A stretch of DNA of 62,451 nt, filler included. It is 4 parts of 4 records of this genome, joined end to end, with 100 filler letters (N's around TTAATTAATTAA, not from the genome) between each part and the next. Parts side by side here need not be neighbours in the genome. Positions count along the whole stretch, not along the records: positions 1 to 26,659 come from SRR20825019_1889; 3 more parts are not named here. The stretch is one strand, 5' to 3'. Below, piece by piece: positions 11,712 to 24,300 of the stretch. Each line of letters opens with the position of its first letter. Position 1 is the first letter of the stretch. The notes under the pieces are model-generated. The model made no database searches, was not told the origin of the DNA, and worked only from the letters and a program-made list of their open reading frames with translations. The translations under genes and the position numbers were made by a program.

Positions 11712-14356
11712 TCACATTGTGCTGTACTTCCTGGTGGTACTTTGGCCACGAAGCAGTGATGGAGGCCCACGTACCATTGCTGGAATAAAAACTCCCTCCA
11801 ACATCTTCCTCAGATCCTTCACATTACCCTGACTACGCTCCTCCTCAATGGCACGCACCTCAGGGGCGACAACACGTCGAGGAGTGCCGGAGTCGTCCAT
11901 ATCACGAGGGCCGGCAATGCCATCACTCTCGGGGCTGCGAGTGAATTCTTCACCCCGAGAGTCCTCAGGGCCCTTGAGCTCCAAAGCCGTGTGGATGCCC
12001 AACCGGCTCTCAGGAGGGACTCGGTGCACGCCTATCCCAAGCCTGTTGATGGCTTGGTTACGAGGGGCTCTGTGCATGCCTAGTTCAAGCCTACTGGCTT
12101 TGGAAGAGGGCTCCACATCAGTGGTGACTCCATCACCATCGCGATAGTCCTCGGGTATGGGTGGGCTATCGAACTTCTTGGCATCATCCAGCCAGGAGGC
12201 CACCCAGCCAGAGCGGCCTCCTTGGTCCAATTGGCTTGCCTGGTGCCCTTCAAGGGCACTTGTGGAGAGTGGTTGGACGGGCAGGACGGGCTCGTCAGGC
12301 TCGTCAACATCAACATCAACATCGTTGTCCTCCTCCGCATCGTCAAGATCATTGAAGTCGTCAAAGTCAGCCACATCATCAAAGTCTGCGGACACGGCCT
12401 CAGATATGGAATCGGCGGTGGACTCCTCATCCTCGGCAGTGCACCTATAGTCGCCTTCAAGACTGATGAGGCGCGTGACTCGACTCGATGCAGTCTGATT
12501 CCGCAGAGCGTCAGTCACCCAATGCATCCTTAGGTCATCCCTACAACTCACCGACAGACTATCGGAGCTGGAGGACTCTCCGGGTCCGGCTTCCATTGCG
12601 GTGAAAACCTCACTAAGCTTGTCTACCTCCGCCGGTTGCTTCTTATTAAAGGTTGGGAAGTATTTGAACGTCACATCGACTCCATTTCTATAATATCTGC
12701 CCGAGATCTGTGGTCAGTGGCCCCGTCTCGGACAACGGCGAACACTTACCTTTGCATGGTGGTGTGGAGGTGCATGAGGATAGGCACTTTGTATGACTCG
12801 TACGAGCTAACCACGTTGAAGGCGGGACTCTGCTGCTTGCCCGGGAGAATCAACAATGACAGTGGCCCTGGGAAGGGCCCTTGCTTGTCGACCATGAAAG
12901 GAATTCTTCTCGACGCGAACTGGAAAAATATGGAGTTGCCAAGATCTGCAGCCGGTGTAGACTTGTCAACATTCGATTCACCTTGGCACTAGGGGCCTAT
13001 GCAATCACAACAGCAAGCTTACCCTGTGTAGACATCATCATAGCATGTAAAGCCAACCAATCATAGACGTCCTCCACTATCAACCCAAGGTTCTGTTGCT
13101 TGTCCACCCTCTCTTGGTAAGCCCGTGCCAGTTCTGTGACCGAGACGTGTCAGCTCGGAGTGCCACTGCTGAGGTACGTGCGGGCCTCCAATACACATTC
13201 GTACAACCCGAACAAGAAACAGACAAACACAACTCGACCCAAAACGAAGCCGCCACGAGACTATGCCCAACATCCTCCGGCGATCTCACGTTTCTTCAGG
13301 TTGTCGTTGAACAAGCGGGAGTTCGACCGCCTGAACACAGCCGAGAGGAATCGGTGGACCTCGCGGGTCTTGAGCTCTTCATTCCTAATCTTGCCAATGT
13401 CCACGCCCCGCTGCTGCACGCTATCACCGGCGTTGGTGCTCATGGCCATCGACGCCTGCACTGTCAGTAGTCTGCACTTCCCATCCTCCAAAGTCATTTC
13501 GTCACCGCTATGAATTGACGCCGTTAGATCTCACCACCGCACAGCGGTGGTCTCCAGCCTACCAGTCCAGCCGCACAAGGCCATCGTTGAGGAAGAAATA
13601 CTCCAATTCCTGGCCAATCACTTTCCTATCCCCCTTGTCCTCCTCAGAGCCCACGTCGACGGTGAAGGTCATCAAGAAGTTGGCGCGCGGAATGTCCTGG
13701 AACATCTGGGAGAGGTCCAGTTCACCGTTGTTGTACCGCCACGTGGACTCGACTTCCTTAATGCAGCGCTTGGGCAAGGTGCCATCTCCGAGCTTTTTCA
13801 TGGCAGCGTCCTTAACTTTTCTCCACGCCCTCTTCCAAGGGCCCTTCTCCGACCTGCGTTGAAGATATTCCTTCTGTAAATTCAGATGCATCGTCAGGAA
13901 ACCGTGTGACACACCGCCCCGTACTGGGCACCAATCGCAATGTCCACTCACCGTGACATCATCTGGGCCGCCCGCTGGTTCATTCAACATGGTGTGCCTG
14001 GGGGCCAGCAACTTCGCCGCCCTCTCCATCTCACTGGGCGAACGCTGCGGCGGCGGCTCGCAACAACCCAAGCCTTCACACACATACTGCGCCTGTGCGG
14101 GCACACTCCAGTGGAGTTCTTCCACGATGTTGTATTCTCCCACCAAGGTGGTGACGCCAACCATCCGCTCGGAAAGGTCTCTCTGGAAGCTTTCACTCAG
14201 GCCCCTGCGGAGAGTGTCAGTGCCATCGCATGACAGCCGTTCCGAGAAGCCGGCTCTAGCCAGACATCCGTCCAACATACTCGGGAACTTTCGGGTCCAA
14301 GTCCGGCTCCTCTGAGAATTCACGGTTCGCATTCCTCTGCGCTTCGTCGAATCCAT
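11712..14356 (-). CDS. Multi-exon hypothetical protein with an acidic low-complexity C-terminal half
   Basis: ORFs 13559-14455, 13261-13497 and 11712-12674 join in frame through minus-strand GT-AG introns: ...NLKK|QLARAYQER...MMMSTQ|DLGNSIFF...HTTMQR|YYRNGVDVTFKYF; ATG (MDSTKRR) at 14356. Confidence 0.6.
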
Positions 14357-14779
14357 AGCTCTTCTCCTTGCTGCGCAAAAGTTAAACCACCCGAGTCCCT
14401 GGCGGACGGTTGTCCGGCCTACCGTAATGGTGCCACCGTGTAGGCGAGCTTGCATGAGTTGCAGGTGTAGCGATACAAGTTGCTCCGAACAGTTCCCTGG
14501 TACCTGTCGTAGTCAATGTCCTTGCAGCTGTGGAGGGCGTGGGTTAACCGCTCTGACGGCTCAACAAAGGCGGGGCGGAGGACTCACGTATTCTCTTGGC
14601 CGAGGGCGTGGTGCGCCATGGCCACCAGGGCCAGCAAGCCCAGCACGACTCTCGCCCGACCCATGCTCCTTCGGTTTCCGACTATTGGAAGCCGCGGTAC
14701 TTATCAACCATTCGGCCGGGCCTTGGCGCCTTGCCACACTGCGACGCTGCCCGTAGTTGGCGGGAACGGAGGGGGCAAC

Positions 14780-15380
14780 TACCCGTGTGGGCCGCGGACG
14801 GCCCGCGCCGGAGACTCATCACAGACTCGTGCCCGGCTTAAGGAGCCCAAGGGAGCCAGTCACTGGGCTGGCCGACAGTGCGGTGGGCCGGCGGCCGGGG
14901 CGGCCGGGGGCCCGGACGCGCGGCGGGCGGTGCGGAGACCGATGGGGGGGGGCGGGCCCGCTCCGGCCGCCCACGTCCGGGCGCCCGGGCCATGACCAGT
15001 GGGAGCAGACAAGACCCCGCCCTTCAACTCAGTGGCCGCCAGGCACTTGGGCGGCGGCGGCGGCCCCCGGGCGGCGGCGCCGCGGCCCGGGCGCCGGCGG
15101 CCCGCCTCCCCGGGCCTCGCTCAGCTCTACGCACTGAGACCATCCTCGGGACGTTTATTGATTGACAGGTGTCAATTATCAGGTGAGGAAAGTTAAACTT
15201 CAGACCGGGTTCCCGCGGCCGCGCGGCCCGGCCCGCCCGTACTGACTGCCACCCCGGCCGCGTCCCGGCCGGCCCGGCCCGGCCCCGCGTCCGGTTCCTC
15301 CTCTGGTGGCCGGGCGGCGACTCAGACCGGCCGGCCCCCCCGGTGTTGTGGCCCGACAACTGGTAAGCTACGGCGAGACT
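14780..15380. promoter_or_regulatory. GC-rich island between divergent genes (putative bidirectional promoter)
   Basis: Extreme GC with many GGCC/CCGG runs between the ATG at 14356(-) and the ATG at 15541(+); AT-richer core ~15150-15200. Confidence 0.55.
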
Positions 15381-15540
15381 ATCCACGTCATGCCACGCCG
15401 CTCCGTCCGCAAGTCATATTCAGGCGGCTGGGACTCCTTCGCGAGTAGAACATGTACCATAGACAACCACTACAAGCATGTCCTCGCTGTTGTGGACGAC
15501 ACTTGAGTGTCCTCCAGCAGACCCCGGGCTGTGGCGCGGA

Positions 15541-16565
15541 ATGCAGGGTGCTCCTCTGACCAACAACGGTTCCGGAAAGGACTTTTACGCCATCTTGGGC
15601 GTGGAACGGGATGCCTCTAAGGAAGAAGTCAAGCAAGCATTCAAGGTATGTTATCGTCGCTGGTTGCGACGCAACGGTTCAGTGGCTTCAAGGTCTTGAC
15701 TGAGCGCACTCTCGTTTAATTGTTTTGTGCTTGACGTCCTGGTGTGGGGGGTTTATGTTGTGCTGGTCTAGTCACAGGGCGGTCGTTTTGTGTTTGAGTT
15801 GGCCATGCCGTAATTTGTGTTTGATTCTGTTTGACTGGCTGATGGTGGTCTACCAGGTGAAGGCTCGCGAGCTCCACCCGGACAAGAACCTTGATAACCC
15901 CAGTGCCAAGGAAGAGTTCCAGGCTGTCTCAGAAGCTTATAATGGTGTGCCCCACCCTCCTCTTTCCCCCGTTCCTCCCTCTCCTTCGTATCCTAACAAG
16001 CGTCTCAGTTTTGAAGGATCCCGAGAAGAGGCGGCTATACGACCTCGGTACACCGGATGACCAGATCTCCATTCTCGCGGAGCCGGACCCCATCAGCGAA
16101 TTTTTGCGCAAAGTATTCGGGGTGGGTGCTTGGGTATTTTTCTTGGTGTGTGATGCAATGTTGACGCGGGCTGATAGATCCGAATGGTGGACCCGCACGA
16201 CGAGAACGACAAGCTAGAGCTCACGGGCTTCAACAAGCTGATGTGGGCCCTGTGCTGTTTGACGTGCTGTTGCTGGCTCCCGTTCGCATGCTGCTTGTGT
16301 TGTGGAATTATTTGCTGCATCAAATGCTGTGCACAGAGGCTGGGCTTTGCACCGCCTGAGGAGGTGGGTGGTAGGCGCATGTGCGGCGAGGATGTGTGCT
16401 GATTATATGGTGTCGTGTTTGGTGCAGCCGGCCAACATGGATGACTTTGATGATATTGAGAACCAGGCAAACAACGCCGGTAACGCCGCCGGTAACAGCG
16501 ATCAGCCGGGAGCATGGACGGCGGGGCCTAGCGGCACGGCCGGCACGGGAGACACGGCGGAGTAA
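15541..16565 (+). CDS. DnaJ-domain protein with a cysteine string (DNAJC5/CSP-like), multi-exon
   Basis: DFYAILGVERDASKEEVKQAFK|VKARELHPDKN (HPD motif)...AYN|VLKDPEKRRLYD; Cys string LCCLTCCCWLPFACCLCCGIICCIKCC; TAA ends at 16565. Confidence 0.85.
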
Positions 16566-17412
16566 GGTCGCGGTGTGTGTGTAGCAGTGGTACCTGATGA
16601 GGCCGTCTGCAGAGGCGACGACGAGCAGTGGACGTATGAGAGGCTAGACGCACTGTCAGTGTCTGTCCTCAAGGCTATTTTGGTCAGTGCAAGTGCCACC
16701 ACTCGCGCTATGCCCTGACTTTGTGTGTGCAGGAGGGCCGGAATGTCGACTACAACGCATGCGTGGAGAAGAGCGACCTGGTCAAGTGCGCTCTCCGGAC
16801 CCTCAACCCAACGGCGGCTGCCAACCTGTGAGGCCCACCCGGTGGTTGGGGCGGGTGCACACACGGTGGGTTTCGCATGGCCTTAACCAACGCTTTGGCC
16901 CGGGTTAGCCAGTCGTCATAGTATGCCGGGTTCAGTTCTGGAAGCAGGGTGGCCAGGGTTAGGGCTTAAACAGTGGTTTGAGACCATTTCACCATCATTG
17001 CCATGTGTAAAATATGAATCACATCATCGATAATGCTATTGTCCAATAAGCTGTCCCTGGTTACCTGTCACCACATCAACGGAAGGCGCATGGACCGATT
17101 GGGCTGGAATCACTACCAGTTTTCGGTCGGGCCTTAGTGGAAACTATCCGGCAAGGCCATCTCAGTGGGCCCCGTGCCAGTCAATCAGTACGGTGCCTAG
17201 ACAGACTATGGCTTTGTCCCGGCCACCGACTGTCCGACGGACCGCGCAGTGCCAAGCCGTCCTGACGTGCTCACTGCCAGTCACATCAGTCAGCGCCCGT
17301 CTCTTGCTGCCAAGCCCCCGCTGCTCCTGTGAGCGACGGGCTGGCTGGTTTGGGCATACAGACAAACAAACTGTATATAAACTACCTGGGCTGCAGGGCG
17401 AGACTTAGTACC

Positions 17413-18694
17413 ATGGCCCACTTGGAACCACAGCAGGTGCGGAAGGCCGCCGTCGCCATCCTCAAGTATGCCGAGAAGAACGCAGGTGTGTGGTGGTATT
17501 CCACCTGTGGGGCCCGGTGGTCTTACGAGGTGGCGCAGGACTTCTGAGCGAGGACGGGGAGTTGATTTATGTTCAGATCAGCGTGAAGAAGATCCCGGAC
17601 AGCAACCGGAAGAAGCCGTTCAGGATGTCAGTAACTGCGCATTTGGACTTACCACTTGCTCGTGTTGACTTAGATTTGTGACAGTCCTCTTCCTAACCCA
17701 ATTTACTCGGCAATGGGCCGGGGATGCCTCCTCGTGAAGGACCCCCAGCGGGAGTACAAGGACCTGCTCATGGAGAAGAAGGTCGGGGGGATCGAGAAGG
17801 TGCGCCGTGCTTGCGTGCTTTGGATTGGGGTGGCTGACATAGAGGGGTGGCAGGTCATTGGTGTCACAAAGCTCAAGGCAAACTACAAGACGCACGAGGC
17901 GAAGCGGGAGCTGTGCCACTCGTACCCGTTCTTCATGGCGGACGACCGCATCATCCCGTTGCTGCCAGGGCTTCTGGGCAAGGAGTTCTTCAAGAAGAAG
18001 AAGTATGCGTGTAGCGATGGTGTGTTGCGGGGCTGGCGCTAATGGCGTGTGCAGGCAGCCAATCCCTGTCAACATTGCAAAGAAGGACCTGGTGAAGAAC
18101 GAGATCAAAAAGGCACAGAGCAGCACGTACATGCACGTGGGGGAGGGGCCGTGCAGGTAAGATTTTCGTTCATATTTCGTTGGTTGTCAGTTGTCCAATG
18201 CATGGTCGCCGGATAAGCGGCAAGCCTTGCAGAGTGATGAAGTGGTTTGGTTTGTGTTGCGGTGGGGTTGTTGATCCTGGGCTGATGCATTCTTGCAGCT
18301 CCATTAAGATTGCCTTGAGCAACATGAGCGAGGATGAGGTATATGATAATATTTTCGAAGGCGTGAACTACGCCGTGCAGAACTTTGTTGCGCAGAAGTG
18401 GAAAAATGTTCAGGTAACTTGGAGAAATCTTGTCAATGTGGTGTTTAACTGAGGCTGGTGGCGTGTAGACGGTCACGGTGAAGACAGCAGAGAGCGTTGC
18501 ACTTCCTATCTTCAACTCGCTGCCCGAGGCTGTCCTTAAGGTGAACCCCAAAGACAAAGGTGAGCAGACGTGACACCGAGGGTCGCTCGGCGGCTGAGGA
18601 TGTGTGTGCAGCAGCGCCGGCGAAGAAGGGCAAGAAGAAACAGCCCAAGAAGCCCGATACGTCATCGGAGGACGAAGAGGACTCGGACGAGTAA
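17413..18694 (+). CDS. RSL1D1: Ribosomal L1 domain-containing protein (RSL1D1/Utp30/Cic1-like), multi-exon
   Basis: KKPFRIPLPNPIY, CLLVKDPQREYK, VIGVTKLKANYKTHEAKRELCHSYPFFMADDRIIPLLPGLLGKEFFKKKKQPIPV, KTAESVALPIFNSLP. Confidence 0.85.
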
Positions 18695-18815
18695 ATAATT
18701 GAATTCTGAATCGACTACGACGTCACCATGTGTGCAGGTCTTTTTTGAGTAATACAATTATGGATAGGTTTATTGCCTGCCCCGGTAGAGAGGCCACTGG
18801 ACGGATGACGGGGCG

Positions 18816-20249
18816 TTACTGCGGGGTCAAGTCACCCATGTGAGCGGAAGACCGGCGGCGAGACAGGGTCTGCACAGAGTGGTACACGACCTTGTCCAAC
18901 ATGCCGCTCACTGTGAACACTCCGCCGAGGATGGCGCACATAGACGTCAAAAAGTGTGTGAAAGCGCGGCTTCGCTCCTCCACCTTGACCATGATGGGAG
19001 AGAGATCGTAGAAGAAGAAGACCCCAGGGAGAGCATGGCCGCTGGTATCGGTGCGGCGGTAGTGCTCGGTGGCACTGAACTGGTTGGTCTGCACGGGCTG
19101 GCCACGGATAGGCTCATACACAGTCGGGACCACCTTGAGGAAGTACTGCCGCAACAAACGTCAGACGCTGACGGTACTAAGAAAAGCTCCCCCAGCCAAC
19201 CCCAATGATACCACCAACCATCCATCAGCCCCGGCAACGTCTTGCTACTCACCTGGTGCATCGCGGAGGCGTCCTTCACTACACGGGTGCGCCCGTCCAG
19301 CGGGTTGCTCACACCCGGCACCTTATCACCAAACCTGAGGTAGTTCACCGTGTGTGTGACGTTGAACATCTGTGCTCCGCTCCTGTATGCCATGAAGTCG
19401 TGGACCTGCAAGTTGCCCATCTGGAACGAGCGTCCGGGAGCGATGTGGAAGTTGCCCGCCACCTGATATACAGCGTAAGCTCGACTCCCTCCACGGCCCA
19501 AAATTCGCGTACTGACCTTGCTCACAGTGAGCTGGCCATACAGCTGGCATCCCTCGCCAAGCTGGTCTCCAAACAAGTTCTTTACGCCCTCCTTCTTACA
19601 CTGCACCGCCCTCCACTTAGAGTTCGCAACGCCACGGCGACAGGACGCCTCACCTGCTCAATTTTGGTTGGATCCAGCCCCCAACCCTTACGTTGGTATG
19701 CCACCCTCACGCTCTCGCAGGTGTTGCAGCAGGCGTTGGGGTCATCACTGCACACAGGTCAGTCCACGCCAAAACAAGCTCCTGGGATAAAGCAACCCAC
19801 CTTGCGCCGTAGCAAGTCATGCACAACTCCTCCTTCTTTTCTTCCTTCTCTCCCTGCTTCTCCGGTGACGTCACCGTGTCCGGCCCGTCTTTGACGGCCG
19901 TCCCCACAGCCTTCCCGTTAGAGTCAAGCCTGCGCTTGTATATGTTCTGGTACACATTCTGCTGCTGCTCCCCACTCACGTCCATGGTATCAAGAGATAT
20001 AACATTGCACGGCAAGTGCGGGAAGGTGACGTCCAGGTAGACTTTCATCTTTTCATTTCTCGTCACGTCCACATATAAGTGGTCTACATGGTCGACAGTC
20101 ATATACGACGACAGCTCAGACACGAAAAGGGTGGTCATGAACACAATGGAAACGATGGAAATCACAGCACCAGACACCGTCTTGGTCCGAAAGTCCTCTA
20201 GAGTCTTTGGATATGCATCGAGAAACCTGAGGCCGCGAATAGCGCTCAT
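18816..20249 (-). CDS. ERGIC3: ER-Golgi intermediate compartment protein 3 / Erv46, multi-exon
   Basis: LDAYPKTLEDFRTKTVSGA, CYGA...CCNTC, EGCQLYGQLTVSKVAGNFHIAPG, YFLKVVPT, PGVFFFYDLSPIMV, FTHFLTSMCAILGGVFTV. Confidence 0.93.
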
Positions 20250-20379
20250 GCTGACCGGTACCCGCTGCTAAAGTGGCAGACTGGACTTATGAAATTGGAT
20301 TTTCAGAGGATATATACTGAAGCCACAGCTAGCCTCCTGAAAGCTCCCCCTTCCTCCACGCCCGACCGTAGCACCAAGC

Positions 20380-21080
20380 CTAGTAGAGACCCGAGTGTCC
20401 GATCAGTCTCGGCCAACCATAGGCGACCAGAGCGTGCGGCTCCCCGCCCTTCGCCCGGGACCCGCCTGGTGGGGCCGAGGGTCCGCGTCGAGTGTCCACC
20501 ACCCGGCCTGACTCCGCGCCGGCGGTGGCGCCGGAGCTCGGCCGACCAGCGGGGCGGCCGCTGCAGGCGCGACCCCACGTGCGGGGCCCGGCCGGCCGGG
20601 CCGGGCGGCGGGGTAACGGGGCCCGGGCCGGCAGGGCGCAACGCGCCAGCGCCAGCCGGGCAGTCCCGGTCCGGTCACCCACTCGCGGGAGGCCGGCCCC
20701 GGTCCGGTGACCGGTGGCAGCACCGGCGGGGGCCGGGCCGCGGCGCCGTCCCACGGGCGAGCCCGGGCCTGCGGAGCAGGCTCCAGACTCCCACCGCCCC
20801 CGGAGTGCACTGGTCGACGATCGACCATAATTGATATATGTCAAAACTATTATGGTAAATGAAGATTAATCGCTATACAAAGGTGTGTAGGTGCAAAAGG
20901 GAGGTGGTTTGGCCTGCGGCCGGCCCAACCGTCCCCCACCCTCACGGTCACCGGCGGGAGATGCCGAGTCGTGACGTGAGAGTGAGTGCCGACTGACTGC
21001 ACAAGCGACAACCTGAGTTAGCTCCCGGGGCTCAAGGCTCCTCCATCGACTCAACCGAGTGCCGCTGCCGGACCCAGTCA
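20380..21080. promoter_or_regulatory. GC-rich island between divergent genes (putative bidirectional promoter)
   Basis: Very high GC between the ERGIC3 ATG (20249,-) and the protease ATG (21348,+); AT-rich core 20825-20880. Confidence 0.55.
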
Positions 21081-21347
21081 TTTGCCTCATGTGAGAAGGG
21101 CCTTCATGCACGTTGCATGGTGTTATTGTGCCTAGGGCGAGCTGCCAAGGCACAGCCCGAAGATGGAGGGAGCAGGCGGCACGGACCGGGAGCGGATGAA
21201 CCCTTGCCCGATGCCATGGGGTGCTAGGCCTGAACATGGAAGGTCTTGTGGGGAATACCACAGAATCAGAGGCCGGTGAGTACATAAATGCCGACTCATT
21301 CTCCTGGAATCAAGGAAGCCCAGCAGAGCTAGAAAGGCTTTGCCGTT

Positions 21348-24300
21348 ATGGGAAGGTGCAGGGTTGCTATACTTGTACTTGCATGTGCCTTGGGGGTGGT
21401 TGGCCTTGCTGAAGCCCACTCTCTACGGGCAGGCTTTTACCACCAGTACCATGGCCATGGCCACGACGACCACTTCCACACGGATATGCTTCCTACTGGT
21501 CTGGCTCGGGTGGAAGCATGGCTCCCTGAGCATCTCCCGTGCGTGCATTCACGGCTCCACGGCCTTGCACAGAGCGAAGTCAGCGACCACCTGGTGACCG
21601 CGGCATTGAGAGACTGTCATACAGAGAACATGATCTGGGCTCGAGTCCGCAAGGCCGGGGAGAGATTCGACGCAGGCGTCGAAGATTTTATCGACGAGAG
21701 TAACGCCACCCCATCTGCGAAGGCGCAGATTGCCCTGGATGTGGGACCTGAGTGCACGGATGGTAAACAGTGCGCGGACGGATTCGAGTGCTTGCGCGAG
21801 GAGGTCCGCTCAGTATCGGGTATCCCCCCAAACAGCAAGGGCCGCTGTCTCAAGATGCAGCCAGGCGAGTGTATTAACGATGGGCACTGCAAGTCTATTG
21901 CTGGCAAGCCCATCTGCGCACTTGAATCTGAGATCACCATCGGTCGCTGTGTCGCTGTGGGGTCTAGTGCCACGGAGATGGAACTTGACGAAGTCGACGC
22001 GCACACCAAGAAGATGGCTGGCGGCCTCGAGCTGACGGGGACATCCTTTGTTGAGCCCACTCCTGCTGACGTTCTCGCGCTCTTGCCACCATCATCAACC
22101 GTGCGCGACGGGCACTCATGCGGGGCTGGGCTTGTTAATCACGCGCCAACCATCTCATTGACTGAGCATCTTGCCCAGAGCAGGTACGTGCATGTTGCAT
22201 CGGGGATATTGGGAGGAAGGGACTGACTGGTAGGGGTCCCGGGCAGGTCTGGTTCCTCGGCCACATCGTGGACACAGTGCGGCAAGCAAGGCTTCGAGAT
22301 CGACTGCGATAACCCGACTGTGCGCAAGACCTACACCTTCTCCGAGGGCAAGGACAAGTACACCGTGCGCATAGGATTCCACCTTGTTCATGCCAAGGCG
22401 CTTCTGGAGACAGCCAATGCTGACCAGCTTACGGTGAGTGGCAATGATGGGTCTCGTGATCTGAGCAGCAGTGCTGACGGTGTGGCCGCGCCTCCAGGCG
22501 TTCAAGTCGACTTGGACTACCAAGATCGAGCAGCAGATGGGCACGCTCAATGCGGACTACCAGTCCACCGGCGTGGCCTTCGAAGCGCTCATCTACTGGT
22601 GGGGCAGCGACGAGATGCATGATGTCAAGATCGCATCCGTGGAATCCGATAATTTCTATTGTAGAATCTGCAAGCAGTACCCAGGCCAGTACAGCTGGTG
22701 CAGCAACGTACGGCGATGGCCCACGGAAACGAGTTCGTGTAACTGACCATGGCTATGTGCAGGTGGACTGTTGCGGCAATACAGCCGCAGTTCCGGAGGG
22801 AACCAAATGTATGGACTCCAAGGAGTACAAGAGTGCCTTTGCCCAGGCCACCCTCCACTCCAGCAGCCCCGCTAAGGTATAGTTCACCGCGCAGCTGTGC
22901 ACAAGCTCTCAGCCATGGTGCATCGACTGACCCGTTCTCGCGTTGCAGTCTACTACGGATCTGACTGGGCAGCTCGAGAAACAGCTTAATTCCTTCCCTG
23001 TCACCTTCACCTGGGCCAATCTCCTCGGATTCGCGTTCTTCCCATGGGACTCGGAGAGCTCTGGCACCAACTTCATGAACGTCAATGCTATGGGTGCCAA
23101 CCAGCGCACGTTATCCCACGAGGTACGTGAGAATGCTTTTGGTCGTGTTGCGTGTGTTGATCTCGGGGGACGCAGCTAGGGCACTCCTTCGGCTTGTGGC
23201 ACACGTTCCACGGGGTGAGCGAGCAGGACTCGTCCTCCTCCAACACGTGCCCAGTCTGCTATGAGAAGTACGTCTCATTTTCTTCCTGTGATAATGTGTT
23301 GTGCTAACTCGTGGTGCAGCGAGGCCTCCGAGGTAAAGGGCGATCTTTGCGAAGACACTGAGCCAACTCCGATGAACTACCAATGCTCTGACCCCGCGGG
23401 CACCGATCAATGCTCCAACAAGGCATACACCGGCACCAATGTCAAGAATATTATGGCCTACGGCCCTGACTCTTGTATTGATCGCCTGACGGCGTGCCAG
23501 GTACGGCCGCGCTGTGATATCCGGTGCAAGGGGGGACGCTCATGTGTTGCTGTCATCAGGGCGCGCGCATGAGGTGCTGGCTCCATGCAGGGCCTTACAT
23601 GAAGAATACCTTCTCTGTCATGAAGGAGAACCAGCCCGAGCCCCCGGCGCCTGAGTGCACCCTTGCCTGTGCGAATGGTGGCACCCTCAACAAGGATACC
23701 TGTTCCTGCACCTGCGCCCACTCCTGGAGCGGGGCTGACTGCTCCACTTGTGGTCTCTCCTGCCAGGTACCAGAATCGCATATGCACGTAGCATTCCGGT
23801 GGACTGATCGTTGTATGTAGAACAAGGGCTCTACAGATGCGTCATGCAAGCAATGCAACTGCCCGGCGCCTTGGACAGGCATCCTGTGCGAGACCTGCCC
23901 GCGGACTTGCGCCAACGGTGGCGTGCTCAACTCAAACACGTGCACCTGCACGTGCGAGGCGGGCTACAGCGGGCCCACCTGCAGTACGTCTACGTGCAAC
24001 AAAGTGTGCAACAACGGCGGTACCCTGGATCGGTCGACATGCACGTGCCACTGTCCGGCGTCCCACACGGGCGCCACTTGCTCGGACGAGAAGTGCACCC
24101 TCAAGTGCTCGTAAGTGCCACATCCGGGGTGGTGTTGGGGAAAAGGCTAATTGGATGCGTCTGTAGGAATGGCGGCTCCGTCACCGACAACTGCACGTGT
24201 TCTTGCAAGGCCCCTTGGAGCGGCACCACCTGTGGCGTGTGTGATAAGACATGCCAGAATGGCGGCAATTTGGATGAGACTGCTTGCTCATGCAATTGCC

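Noticed and set aside
12744-12751. ACTTACCT resembling the U1 snRNA 5' end
   Set aside because: It is the reverse complement of a minus-strand donor site (AG|GTAAGT); no U1 stem-loops or Sm site follow
16955-16964. AGGGTTAGGG telomere-like word
   Set aside because: Fewer than two full units; expected by chance
20289-20844. Long Arg/Pro/Gly/Ala-rich ORFs on both strands of GC islands (also 14516-15386, 35242-36036, 54232-54863, 62047-62398)
   Set aside because: Stop-codon scarcity in extreme GC sequence; no domain signal and open in several frames
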